Part shown: piece after piece, positions 53,488 to 64,000 of the stretch
Numbering within the stretch: position 1 is the stretch's first letter
Layout: each line of letters starts with the position of its first letter
Assembly: GCA_013239625.1 (NCBI GenBank)
Contig: MU053652.1
Span: forward strand, 1,862,001-1,926,000
Length of the DNA stretch: 64,000 nt
Direction: 5' to 3'
Source: Lama guanicoe
Taxonomy: Eukaryota
Program-made: the position numbers and the translations under genes
Notes under the pieces: model-generated
The model's input: the letters and a program-made list of their open reading frames with translations, nothing else
What the model was told of the DNA's origin: nothing
The model's database searches: none

Positions 53488-53511
53488 GTGTGTGTGTGTG
53501 TGTGTGTGTGT
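53488..53511. repeat. (GT)12 microsatellite, intron upstream of exon 8
   Basis: Read directly. Confidence 0.95.
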
Positions 53512-53765
53512 GAGAAAGGACCTGGTGAGCAAATGAGAGGTGAGTGCCAGGAAGACAATGCAGAAGGAGGAATAGACCAGAACTACCCTCTGTAGCTGTT
53601 CTTAGGGTGGTCCTGGGGACAGGGCCCAGCTGAATCTGAGTCCTGTTAGAGCTGAGAGCACCCCTGGGGAGCGGGCTCCCCTCTCCCACAATGCCTTACT
53701 CTTGGTGGGACCCTGACCAAGGGCCATGGCCTTACCCCTGACCTCATGACTGGCTCCGCCCACAG

Positions 53766-53865
53766 GGGACCATCATGTCGTCCAGCTGCATCTCAAGTCG
53801 AAGGAGACGGGCATGACCTTTGCCAGCACCAGCTTTGTCTTCTACAACTGCAGCGTCCACAATTC
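53766..53865 (+). CDS. PLXNA4: Plexin-A4 internal coding exon (~exon 8): end of IPT/TIG1, start of PSI2
   Basis: Acceptor ctccgcccacag; donor ttc|gtaagt. 100 nt, phase 1 to 2. Translates [32 protein letters not shown](S). Confidence 0.97.
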
Positions 53866-54139
53866 GTAAGTGCTCCCCTCCCCCACCTCATTCAGCTCCA
53901 TTTCTGGGGTCAGGGTTCATCCAAAGAGAGAAGACTTCACCCCCAGAAAGAGACAGCTTCCTCTTCTGGCACCCACAGGGTTAATGGGAAGAGGCCAGAA
54001 TGAGCTTGGCTCTCTGGGGTCCCAGTAAGAGGCAGCCCATCCCCCCAGCTAGAGTGCTTCAACACTGGAATTCTCTTCCTGCTTCTTCCCACAGAGCTTG
54101 CCATGGCTTTACCACTTGGTGATCTAGGAAATAGGTAGA

Positions 54140-54600
54140 TGAACTCATGTTCGAAGTTTCCATCAGTCCACAAAATGATTTTAAGCATCTACCATGTGCA
54201 GGACAATGTGTTACTCATTGGACAGGGAGGATCAAAAATTAGTAAGATGCTAAGGCTTATCCCTGCCCTCCAAGAATCACGGCCTAGTGGATGAACAGGA
54301 CGCGAATAAGTAAAATACAATAGAGCAAGACCAGCATTGTCCCAGAGACATACACAAAGGGACTAAGGGGATAAAGGCCCAGGTCTCTGTTGGTCGAAGA
54401 AAGAGGACGAGATGGTGAGGCAGAGGAAGTGCTACTCCAGGCAGAAGGACAGCATGGGGAGAGCATGGCCTGTTCTTGGCTGAAGCGCCAGACACACGTG
54501 GGGACGGTGGACCTGGACACCATGAATGGCTTAGCCTGCATGACATGACCCTTTGGAAGAAGGGAACCATGTTGGATTCTAAGCAAGGAGGAGCTCTTAT
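54140..54600 (-). mobile_element. L2 fragment
   Basis: ttttaagcatctaccatgtgcagg..ccctgccctccaagaatcac..ggattctaagcaagg. Confidence 0.6.
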
Positions 54601-55102
54601 AAGGTTGCCTGTGTTTCCTGGGAATAATGCGTAGAGGCAGGGTGACCAGCTCTGCCGGAGCCCTCGCACGAGGGAGCTGCTACAGGACCTTCCCCTGCCA
54701 GGCTGGGGCCACGTGGGTCCCTGTCAGCCGAGAGCCTGGAGTCAATTTCACTGCTTGCCCTAACTCTTAAGCCCCCTCTGGTGAGCCCCACTACTCCAGA
54801 CCTCACCGTTCCCCAATTCAGCAAAGACGGCCTCATCCTTTAAAAATGGAGGGTGGCTAGTGAGGCTCTGGGGGACCAGGGTGTCTACCACCTGAGTGAG
54901 GGGGAGGAGACCAGGGGCCCCTGGCTTCCTAAGGACTGGGAGAGAAAAGGGATGGGTTTTTGTAAGATCTGCTCTTCCTGAGTGTTTGAAGGTGGCTCCT
55001 CCCGCTATTAAGACGTTTTTTGCTGGGCTCTAGAGTCGTAGGCTTTCTGCTTTGGGTTCATGCAGCTGCTATGACCTGTGCCTCTTCCCCCTCTGTGCGC
55101 AG

Positions 55103-55217
55103 GTGCCTGTCTTGCGTGGAGAGCCCGTACCGCTGCCACTGGTGTAAATACCGGCACGTCTGCACCCACGACCCCAAGACTTGCTCCTTCCAGGAAGGCC
55201 GGGTGAAGCTGCCTGAG
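55103..55217 (+). CDS. PLXNA4: Plexin-A4 internal coding exon (~exon 9): PSI2
   Basis: Acceptor cctcttccccctctgtgcgcag; donor gag|gtaggt. 115 nt, phase 2 to 0. Translates [38 protein letters not shown], inside ORF 55020..55337. All five exon phases are mutually compatible. Confidence 0.97.
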
Positions 55218-55469
55218 GTAGGTCCCGCAAGAGTGCCACTTGCTGTGAGCAGGGGACACACAGGTAGGCCTTCCCTTAAGAGAAGACAGAGGGAAATACC
55301 GCAGAACCCCGTCTTCCTCCCCAGCCCCGACTCTTAAGGGTCCGCGTCTCAAAATCAGTAAACAAGCAAAGCTCTGCGCTCTGGGTCAGTCCTGGGGGTT
55401 CAGTTACAGACAGAAGTGCATTCCAGGTCTCTGTAGCCAGGGGAGTCCAGGACCATTTCAGAGAGCTGA

Positions 55470-55491
55470 GTGTGTGTGTGTGTGTGTGTGT
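55470..55491. repeat. (GT)11 microsatellite, intron downstream of exon 9
   Basis: Read directly. Confidence 0.95.
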
Positions 55492-55639
55492 CCTAAAAAT
55501 AATACCTAAGTACACGGCAGGACTGTGTACAGACTCGTCAGCTGTCCCTCGGAGCACTGTCTGCATGAGATCAAAGAAGTCAAGTTGAGTGAAAGGGAGA
55601 GAAGAACAAGAATGAAAGGATGGTCACTCACCCACCAGA

Positions 55640-55804
55640 GTGGTGGTCCTCAAGCTGTGGTCCCCAGTCCAGCAGCATCAGCTTCACCGGGAACGTGTTA
55701 GGAACGCAGAGCCTCCCGCTCCACCCAGGCCGGCAGGGTGAGAGCCTGGGGTGGGGTCGGCTCTGCGTGCGATTCTGCTGCACCGTCTAGTGTGGGAACC
55801 ACTG
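55640..55804. mobile_element. MER5A-like MITE
   Basis: gtggtcctcaagctgtggtcccc..ccagcagcatcagc..gattctg..gggaaccactg. Confidence 0.75.
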
Positions 55805-58800
55805 AGACAGTGTCGGGCTCCGTGGCTAAGATGCTCTTTCTGTTTCTGCCTCGTCTTTAGTCTTATCCTTGAAAACTATTCATCACCATAATAGAAATAC
55901 TCTACGCCTATGTGGTTTCCTCTCTTAGAATGTCAGTGTGTGGGCAAAGACCTCAAACATAATGGGTGTAAAAACACTTTGGAAAAGTCTGGTGTTGTTC
56001 AAACATTATAGTGCTTGTGTGCCTCCAGCCATTGGGCGAGTGGTTCTGAGCAGAGTGGCGGCTTTAGAATGCTGTTATTTAGAATAGAAGGATAGAAAGA
56101 TGGTATTTCTATATCTGTATCATGGTTAGATGCCACTGGGTGCAGGGACAGAGCACTCTCTCAGCCAACACTGGACTCAGACAGGCTCCAACACCCCCCA
56201 CCCCCGTGTCCTGGGTGTACCTTCCAGCCCCGTTTACACACCCACATGGGTGCCGTGACCATGCGGCAAACCCCATGGCTGTGAGGGCAGGGAACTGTCC
56301 GGGCTCAGGAAGCACAAGGGCCGTTTGGGGGACAGGAGGGGCCTGATGAGGACAGAGGGGCCTGCCACGGTGCCCTCATCCCCTCCCCCTGACTCCGCCC
56401 CACTAACTTGGACCCAAGGCTTAATGGCGGTAGGGAAGCTGCCTTGTCTCTGAGGCCGAAAGGGAAGCAAGATGGACACGCCACCCCCTGCACCTGCTGC
56501 GCTGGGCTCGCCTCACCCAGAAAAAATGTGCCTGATGATGAGAAACTCCGAGCCCCAGATCCCATTTCCCAGGCTCTGAGGGCTGAGCAGGAGTGATTCC
56601 GGTGGAGAAGGGCCAACCCACCCCTGTGGCCCTCCAACTCTCCAATTTACGTGAGCCGTTTTATGGTGAGCCTGGCAAGGCATCGCTGTGACAGGCTCCC
56701 AGGTAGCTTGCAATCGCCGTGCCTCCTGTGTCACATCACTGCATGGAATTAACTATGGCTTCTCTTTTTCTTGGATGCTTACTCATTCTCAGAGAAGGAA
56801 GTTTTACGGCTGTACCTCTGGAGCGAGCTTGGAGCTTGCATTCTACCCAGCTCAATAATGGGCCGTTTTGAATATGTCACAGAGGAGAGGCCAGAGTTGA
56901 CCACCTCATGATGGTCATTGTAACAGTGATTTCCTAGAGACTGCACCAAGGGGAAAAGAAGTAAGTGAATATTTGTGGACTTTTGGCCGATTCCAGCCAT
57001 TTTAGGTCAGCAGAACGAGGTAGGTCATTGTCCTCAGAGCTTAGACGAAGGCCCCTGGCTGCTAACAGAAATAAGATGTTTTTTTTTAATGTCATTGTTT
57101 TGTTTTCTATATTTTTGTTTCTGGAAAGGGCTAGTAGCAGGGATGAGGGATAAAAAAGAAAACTGCACACTTGAAAGGCGATTTTGTGGAAGCCCCCAGA
57201 CACGAGCGTCCTCCCTCCACGCCAGGGGAAGGGCTTATCCATAGCATACTTTGAAGCGTTGCTATGTGTCACCAGTCATCCTACGTCACCCAGTTCCTGA
57301 GCATTTCCCATATTCGAGGCATTGTGGGAGGTGTAAAGGTGTGTAAGAGATCTCTAGATCTGTATTTAGACATGTGTAAAATGGGACCGTTGGTCCACAC
57401 GATCTCTCAAGTTCTGTAGTTGTCAGCGGAAATAATCTGGAGAGCACCGCAGAGAAATCCACACCCAGAACGTGGGTCTTACCGGGTGAGTGTCCAAGTG
57501 CAGCCTGTGTCTCCCAGCTCTGCCCAACAGGGGGCTCACACACAGCCTCAGGCCTGCAGCTCCTCTGGGTTTCCAGGCCCAGACCCATGCCGGGAATGAA
57601 GGGGAGACCCAGGCCCCGTGATTCTTCTGGAAGTCCCCGGGTCTTCCTTTGCTTTCAGCCTTTGAATGTGGGGATGCAGACGGGGGCCTTTTGCTGGCCG
57701 AGAGGGAGGCCACCAGGTGGGCCTCACCTCCCTGGCAGCATCCTGTATCCCCAGGAAGGCCTTCATCCCGGCGTCTTCCAGTTCCAACACTGGCTTTGTT
57801 GACTATCAACAGGCATGTTGAATTACCTCTTTTTTTTCCCCCTGCACAAAGCCTGCATTCAGGTGAAGTTATTGGTCTGGAACAGAGAACTGGTTGATCA
57901 TTGTTGTTAGTATATTAATGGCAAGTATTCCTGCATAATTACAATGATTAGAAATAGAGTGCCCAATAACATATGTCGTTTATAGTAACTATATTCCAGT
58001 TACAAGGAATGATTTTGTTTCAACTAATGATGGCATTGTGATTACAACCCTGGGTCTTTAGATCAGCTGGCAAACGCTGGGTACCAAAAAGAAGAGGGAG
58101 AGGAAGGTGAGGGGAAGCTGAAGTGGGACCACAGAGCCTCCCTGCTCTCAGTCCTGCTCTCCCGGTATCAGCTGAGACTCCCTGCTTTCCACTGACACGG
58201 CCTTTCACCGGGGCAGCCACGGGCAGGGCCATGCTCTCACCTCCGCCGAGCAGGGGGGCCACTGGTCTCCAAGTGGCTTTGGAATCCACAGGCTCCTCTG
58301 ATGGGGGCCTGAACGCCCATCAGGCCTACACACTTAATAACAGCGATCCCTCAGGGAACGAAGGTGAAGTTCCATGGAAAAACAAATCTACTGACAAGCA
58401 TTTTTCCACGATGGACTATTTTGCTGTTATTTCTCATCCAAACGGAAAAGCAAAGTGAGCTGAAGGCAAGGTACATCTGGCCTACCGTGTACAGGCTCCG
58501 AGAGGAGGTTCCCGCAGCCCCTCTCTTCTTGAAGTTCAACCAGAGTGTTTACTCCAGAGAACAGTTGTAAGATCAGAAGAGGCAAAATGAATTCTATTTG
58601 ATTTCCACAGCTGTGCTTGACAGTTCCTCCCCAGACCCCCTCCCACCCCGATGCCCCTGAGATGAATCTGTAGCCAGGACAGGTGTCAGGAAACCTGCCA
58701 ATCCCAGGGTCAGGCCTCCTCGGGAAGGCTGGCAGGGCAGCGGAGGTCTGGCCCCAGACGGCTGCTTGCCCCTGGTGCTGAAATATCCCCATGCCCAGGG

Positions 58801-61800
58801 ACGGGGCGGGCCAAGGGCATTTCCCCCTGACCAGGCGTGAAGGAGATCAGGCCAGCTGGCCTTGGCAGTGACTCTGCTCCCCCTCGTGCAGAGGAGCCGT
58901 TCCTGGGACCCAGCCCGAGGACACAAAACCACCCTTGCTGTGCCTTTCACCCTCCTTTGAGAAAGCAGAGCCGAACCCAGCTAAAGAAGCTGCTTCCACC
59001 ATGCGCCACCCCCGCTGCAGCTTCCATTACTGGGCTGCCGTTTCTCCACTCAGCTGCACTTTCCATCCATCTCATCTGCCCCTCCCCAGCTTAAGGTTAT
59101 GGATATTTCCTTTCTGTATTATTACTTCGCTCTCTCCATAAACCAGCGCGTCATAGATCACGCTGATGGCATTATGAACTTGGGGAACAGCAAGAAAATA
59201 TATGGGCACATTGCCTTTTTGCCTTGGGTACCACGGGTCTGAGAAGGGGAGGGTAAATTTGGGGGGTTGGTTGGGGCTGGGGCTGCCTTGTCTTTGGAAT
59301 TGATGGGGGCTGCAGTGACATGGGGGGGAAGGGTAACTTGCAAATCACTTATTCCTTAGCTGCCCCTCAGTGCTGCCCCCGCCCTGCACCCCGTCCCCCA
59401 GGGCTTCACATCCCCCCAGTCTTGCTGTAACAACTGGGAGAATTAGAGCCCTCATCTTGTAAACACACTAAGGGCTGTAAATCCACAGCCTACCTACTAC
59501 CCCCTCCCCAGGCAGCACCAGCCCTGAAGGCAGCTTTTCCTCTCCCAGCTGGGCAGCATTCTTTATGTTCCTGCTCAATTATTTAAATATGCAATGAAAT
59601 CTCTGTATAAAGCCGTCACTGACATGGGACGTGGTAGACGGAAGGGCATCTTTTTTGCTCTCATAGGTTGGCTTGGTGTTCATGCTCCCCCTACAATTAG
59701 CAGTGCTATCTCTACTTCTGTGTGCATTTCAGTGGAAACTAAAATGTGCCCAGGGCTGGGCAGTGGACCTAGAGCTCTCTGGAGCCATCCCTTGAAAGCC
59801 AAGACATTAAAGATCTTCTTGTGCCTCAAGCCACCCCTCTCCCCACCCCAAAGTCCTTTCTTACAACTGCAGGATGCTGCCATGGGCAAAACAGCCTCCA
59901 AGGGAACTGGTTCTTATTGCATGCATTTGTCTCCAAATAATCTTGTTAAATGCAGGTGTTTTCCACCCTCCAAGAGCTGGCCCTTTCAAATGATTGTTCA
60001 GAGAAATATCTTCCTTGAAAAGAGAAGGGCAGTATGTTTTTGAGGAATTCTATAGCAGTGAGATCATCATCTGGGGATAAATGTCAGTAGGATGATGGTG
60101 AGAATGTTTTACTCATGGTCATTGTGAGAACTGAGCGAGGGAACTGTGTCCTTAATTTCTTTCCCGTGGACATGGGGGTGTGTTGTGCCAAGAAATAAGA
60201 CAGCACATGGCAAAATACGTGCAAGGTAATGGAGGTGGTGGAATGCACTGGGCTGAATCCTTGTACCCCGTGTGCCGTGTTAATTGTGCTAGCTAGAGTA
60301 ACAGTATCACACACTACCTAGCAGGGCCATACCCACCTGTATGACTACACCTTGCAATATACCACTTATTAAGATATTAAAATACTTCCCTCCTGGTAGG
60401 TAAATGATGCTTTCAGGAGACCAACCTCCCCAACAAAGCCCCCCACCCACTCCAGCGTGCAGTGGTTGATCTTTTGAATACCACGCTTGGAGCTAGTTGA
60501 GTAGACATGGTTACCCATTTTTGAGACAGGAAAACTGAGCTTCGGAAAGGATGTATCCCAGGTCATCTACTGGGTTAATAATAAAACTAGGACCATAAAA
60601 TTCATCAAATCCAAACCAGCTTCTTCATTTATGGATGAGGAGACCCAGAGGGTTTGGGGACTTGCCCAAAGCCACATGGTTGTCTGGTGGAGGTCCTGTC
60701 CCAGAGTATAGGGAACATTCCAGAAGTGGAGACTGATGTTAGGTGAGCAGTGGCTGGAGCTGGGACCTCCCTACCCATCCCCCTGTGTTTGGGGCACTGG
60801 GAGCTGTTGAAATTGTTGGACTCTAAAGCCTAGGAGGGGTGGATAAGCTGGACAGTGGGGGCTGACGGGATGTTTATGGAAAGGCACACATTAGAGGAAG
60901 CAGGGGAGATGGATCCTTGGGAAATGAGGTAGAAACAGGGAGTAGCTGAGGGACAAGGTGCAGCCTGAGCTGAGGAGGAAGAGCTGGAAAAGAAAAAATG
61001 TTTGTTGAGTGCTTGCTCCCTCTATGCCAGGTGTCTTATATGCGGTTGTTCATGGACTGCCCCCAAATGATCCTGTGGAGGATGTTTTTAATCCTCATTT
61101 GTAGTGAAGCCAAACAATGTTTAGAGCTCTTTCAAGACAGAAATTAGCAGGAGGAAGATGGACTTGCACTCATACTTATAAGATTCTCCAACTGGGCTCT
61201 TTCGAGTTAAGAAATCTCAAAGGTAAGGACAGGACCTGCATGGCCTGAGCCCCCGACGATGACTGCAGTGCTGGGAAGCAGGGCATCAGATGCCAGTCAT
61301 GGAGAGACGTGGAAGTTGCTCTGAAATTCCCCATGAGCATCAGACTCAGAGGTGGTTTGGTACCTGGGATCTCAGCATGAGACCAGGCAGGCTCTGGGGA
61401 GCTGAGGTGGCAGGAGGGGGCAGCACGGTGGTAATGGTCCCTTCTTGCCTTGTTGCCTGGGGAAAAGTTGCCATTTTACATTTCAATTAGGAGGGACACT
61501 GGGGTCAATCAGCAGTGGCACCAGAGGAAAATGGGCCCAGCCCAGCCCTGGGCTTCTCCAATTATTATTAATGAACTTAGTCTCAGAGCCGCCAACCTTT
61601 TTATATGCAAACTAGGCCTTTATGGGGCCACTGGCAATCAGGAACTCATTAGAGAACTCTGGTGAGACTCTTCCAGGGGAAGAGAGAGAGGTTTAGCTTC
61701 TGTATCCTAGACCAGAACCAGTCTAACCCCTAGGCCCACCACAGGAGGGGTTTGAAGCCCCTAGTCCCACTCCTCTGGGAGATCCTTCTGACCCACCACC

Positions 61801-61919
61801 CCATCCTAAGGTGGTCCTCCCTGCCGGTGAGAACTTGCCTGTTTGGTTAAGGGGAGGAAAGAGGATGGGCTGGCATCCGAGTTCTTCAGCTGCTGGCACG
61901 TCTGCTGACACTGAACCAT

Positions 61920-61994
61920 TTTTTTAAAAAATTTTATTGAAGTATAGTTAGTTTACAATGTTGCATTAATTTCTGGTGTACAGCTTAGTGATTC

Positions 61995-62049
<55 letters not shown>

Positions 62050-62345
62050 TATATATATTCCTTTTATATTCTTTTTCATTATAGGCTACTACAAGGCATT
62101 GAATATGGTTCCCTGTGCTACACAGTAGGACCTTGTTGTTTATCTGTTTTATACATAGTAGTTAGTGTAACTCCAAACTCCTCATTTATCCCTCCACACA
62201 CACCCCCTTTCCCCCTGGTGACCTTAAGTTTGTTTTCTATTTTGTAAATAAGTTCACTTGTGTCATTTTTTTAGGTTCCACATGTATGTGACATCATACG
62301 GTATTTTTGTTCTTCTTTCTGGCTTACTTCGCCTAGTGTGGCAAC
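61920..62345 (-). mobile_element. Cetartiodactyl-type L1 3' end containing an expanded (AT)22 microsatellite (61997-62040)
   Basis: ttttattgaagtatagttagtttacaatgttg..cagtaggaccttgttgtttatc..ttccacatgtatgtgacatcatac. Confidence 0.85.
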
Positions 62346-62974
62346 CATCATTTCCCTCTCCCCGCCTTGGTTTTTCTCCTTTGCAAAGCAGAAGGGATCC
62401 TTAGTTGGTTCAGAGGACCCAGCTTCAGACACCCTCGGGGCACCAGGGTTGCCACAGCTCGCTGTGGGCCATGGAGATGAGAGAGCCCAGCACACGTGCT
62501 GTTCCTCCACATACAACACACCACAGGCTCCCCTGCAGATGTGGACGCAGCAGGGGGCAAGGTCAGGCTGGGTGTGCTTTAGGGGAGGGAGAGCTGCCGG
62601 GGCCTCAGGTAGCAGGAAGCGTGAAGTCAGGGCTGGGCCGGACCCTCTGGCTCACTCCCCACCTGTCACAGACCACCCCTCCAGAGTCTCCAACATCACA
62701 CAGCTCCCCCACCCCCACCCCCACCCCCGCTTCGTCCTTTGCAGAGATTACTCTTGTCTTCTCTGGGTCCTGAGTTCTCATCTTGCTGCAGCGAGGGGCC
62801 GGGAGGGCAACAAAGGCAAAAGTGCGGGGTGAGGCTCTAAGGGCCCCTCTCTGTGCTGGACCTCCAGGTCCCTAGAGTCCCTGAGCCCCAGGGCCATAGG
62901 CGGGCTTCAGGGCATGTCCTCCATCCCCTCTCCCTCCAGCTGGCCTGCCTGCCTCCTACTCCTCTTTGTTTTCT

Positions 62975-63510
62975 GTATTTATTTTAAACTGTGGTGAAAT
63001 GCACAAATCATAAAACGTCCTTCCTTAGCCAGTTTTAAATGTAGTTTAGTGGCATGAAGTGCATTCACAGTGTGCAGCCATCACCACTGTCCATCTCCAG
63101 AACTCTGTTCATCTTCCCCAGGGAAACTCTGCGCCCATTGAACACTAACCTCCCCTCTCTACTCCCCCAGAAACCACTATTCTATCTTCGGTCTCTATGA
63201 ATTTGACTGCCCTGCTTACCTCGCATGAGAGGAATCGTGTCGTGTTTGTCTATATACAGTGACTGGCTTATGTCACTCAGCATAATGTTGTCAGTGTTCA
63301 TCCGGGACATCGCGTGTTAAAATCCCTTCCTTTTTAAAGCTGAATCATATCCCATTGTATATATAGCACGCTGTGTTTACCCTTCGTCTGTCTTGGTTGC
63401 TTCCACCTTTTGGCTGTTGTGAGTTTTGTTCTGTGACCTTGGGTGTCAAGTTCAGACCCTGCTTCCAGTTCTTTTGGATGCAAACCCAGAAGTGAGATTG
63501 CTGGGTCTGC
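62975..63510 (-). mobile_element. L1MB-like 3' end
   Basis: ctgtggtgaaatgcacaaatcataaaa..catctccagaact..gactggcttatgtcactcagcataatg..cccagaagtgagattgctgg. Confidence 0.8.
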
Positions 63511-63669
63511 GGCTCCTCACCTAGCTGCTTTTCAGGCTCAAGGCGCGGGCAGCCTGGGGGAGAGTTGGGGGTTGTTTTATGGGCCTGGAGTGCTCCCTGA
63601 AGCAAGGCTACAGGGTCAACAGGAAGCACAGAGGTGAGATGACCCAAATCATGGAATCAGGGCTGGTCA

Positions 63670-63750
63670 GAGCTGAAAGGGTCCTTGGATCCTGCCCAGC
63701 TGACAGATGAGCTGAAAGGGTCCTTGGATCCCGCCCAGCTGACAGATGAG
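63670..63750. repeat. 39-bp direct tandem duplication inside a MIR-like segment
   Basis: gagctgaaagggtccttggatcc(t/c)gcccagctgacagat x2 (63670-63708 and 63709-63747), followed by a trailing gag. Confidence 0.95.
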
Positions 63751-64000
63751 GACGTTGAGTCTCAAAGTGGGGGTGTCGTGTGTGATGGGCTCTGGGCTCC
63801 CGAGCTGGTCAGAAGCGCAGTTGTCCTGAAGCTCTTCTCCCTCCCAGCTTTCAGTGACAGAGGGGCTCACCAGGAGGACCAGCTGCCCGGTGCCTGATTG
63901 CCTGGGACCCCTCTCATCTGCCCTTCCCCTGGCCACCTTTCTGCCTCACTCTGCTGGGGAGGAGTGCTGGGGCTGGGAGGAGAGTCCTCACAGGGTGTGT

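Noticed and set aside
51336..55337. ORFs 51336..51893, 52292..52687 and 55020..55337 as stand-alone genes
   Set aside because: Only the internal splice-bounded segments are plexin sequence. The rest is intronic read-through.
58762..58782. Second RE1-like site (ggtgctgaa on the + strand)
   Set aside because: Only one half-site matches. The partner half reads ttgccc rather than CTGTCC.
61055..61075. gactgcccccaaatgatcc resembles the expected start of the next PLXNA4 exon (DCPQ..)
   Set aside because: It has no AG acceptor or pyrimidine tract, the translation diverges after DCPQ, and it lies in a MIR-like fragment. The next exon is probably beyond the window.
62547..62560. CTCF-like core gcagcagggggcaa
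   Set aside because: A partial match of the kind expected by chance in GC-rich sequence, with no supporting context.
1..64000. CRISPR arrays, operons or other prokaryotic-type systems
   Set aside because: The sequence is mammalian and intron-dominated. No regularly interspaced repeat-spacer array or gene cluster was seen.

Overview
Mammalian genomic DNA, very likely a camelid judging by a vic-1-type tRNA-Ala SINE and cetartiodactyl-type L1 3' ends. The whole window lies inside the plexin-A4 gene (PLXNA4) on the + strand. Five GT-AG coding exons (40532-40632, 51539-51662, 52376-52529, 53766-53865, 55103-55217; 594 nt) splice into one uninterrupted 198-aa frame covering the end of the Sema domain, PSI1, the first IPT/TIG domain and PSI2. 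They correspond to about exons 5-9 by recalled human numbering. The first 40.5 kb and last 8.8 kb are intronic and hold L1, L2, L3/CR1, MIR, MLT1 and DNA-transposon fossils, including a degenerate hAT-Charlie transposase, plus microsatellites. The ORF track is otherwise noise. I found no evidence of a new protein-coding system. The most interesting signals are regulatory and are hypotheses from motif reading only: a split REST/RE1 site, a 148-nt AG-exclusion zone before exon 7, UG-repeat-associated candidate poison exons, and several enhancer-like motif clusters. Repeat subfamily names and boundaries are by eye and approximate.
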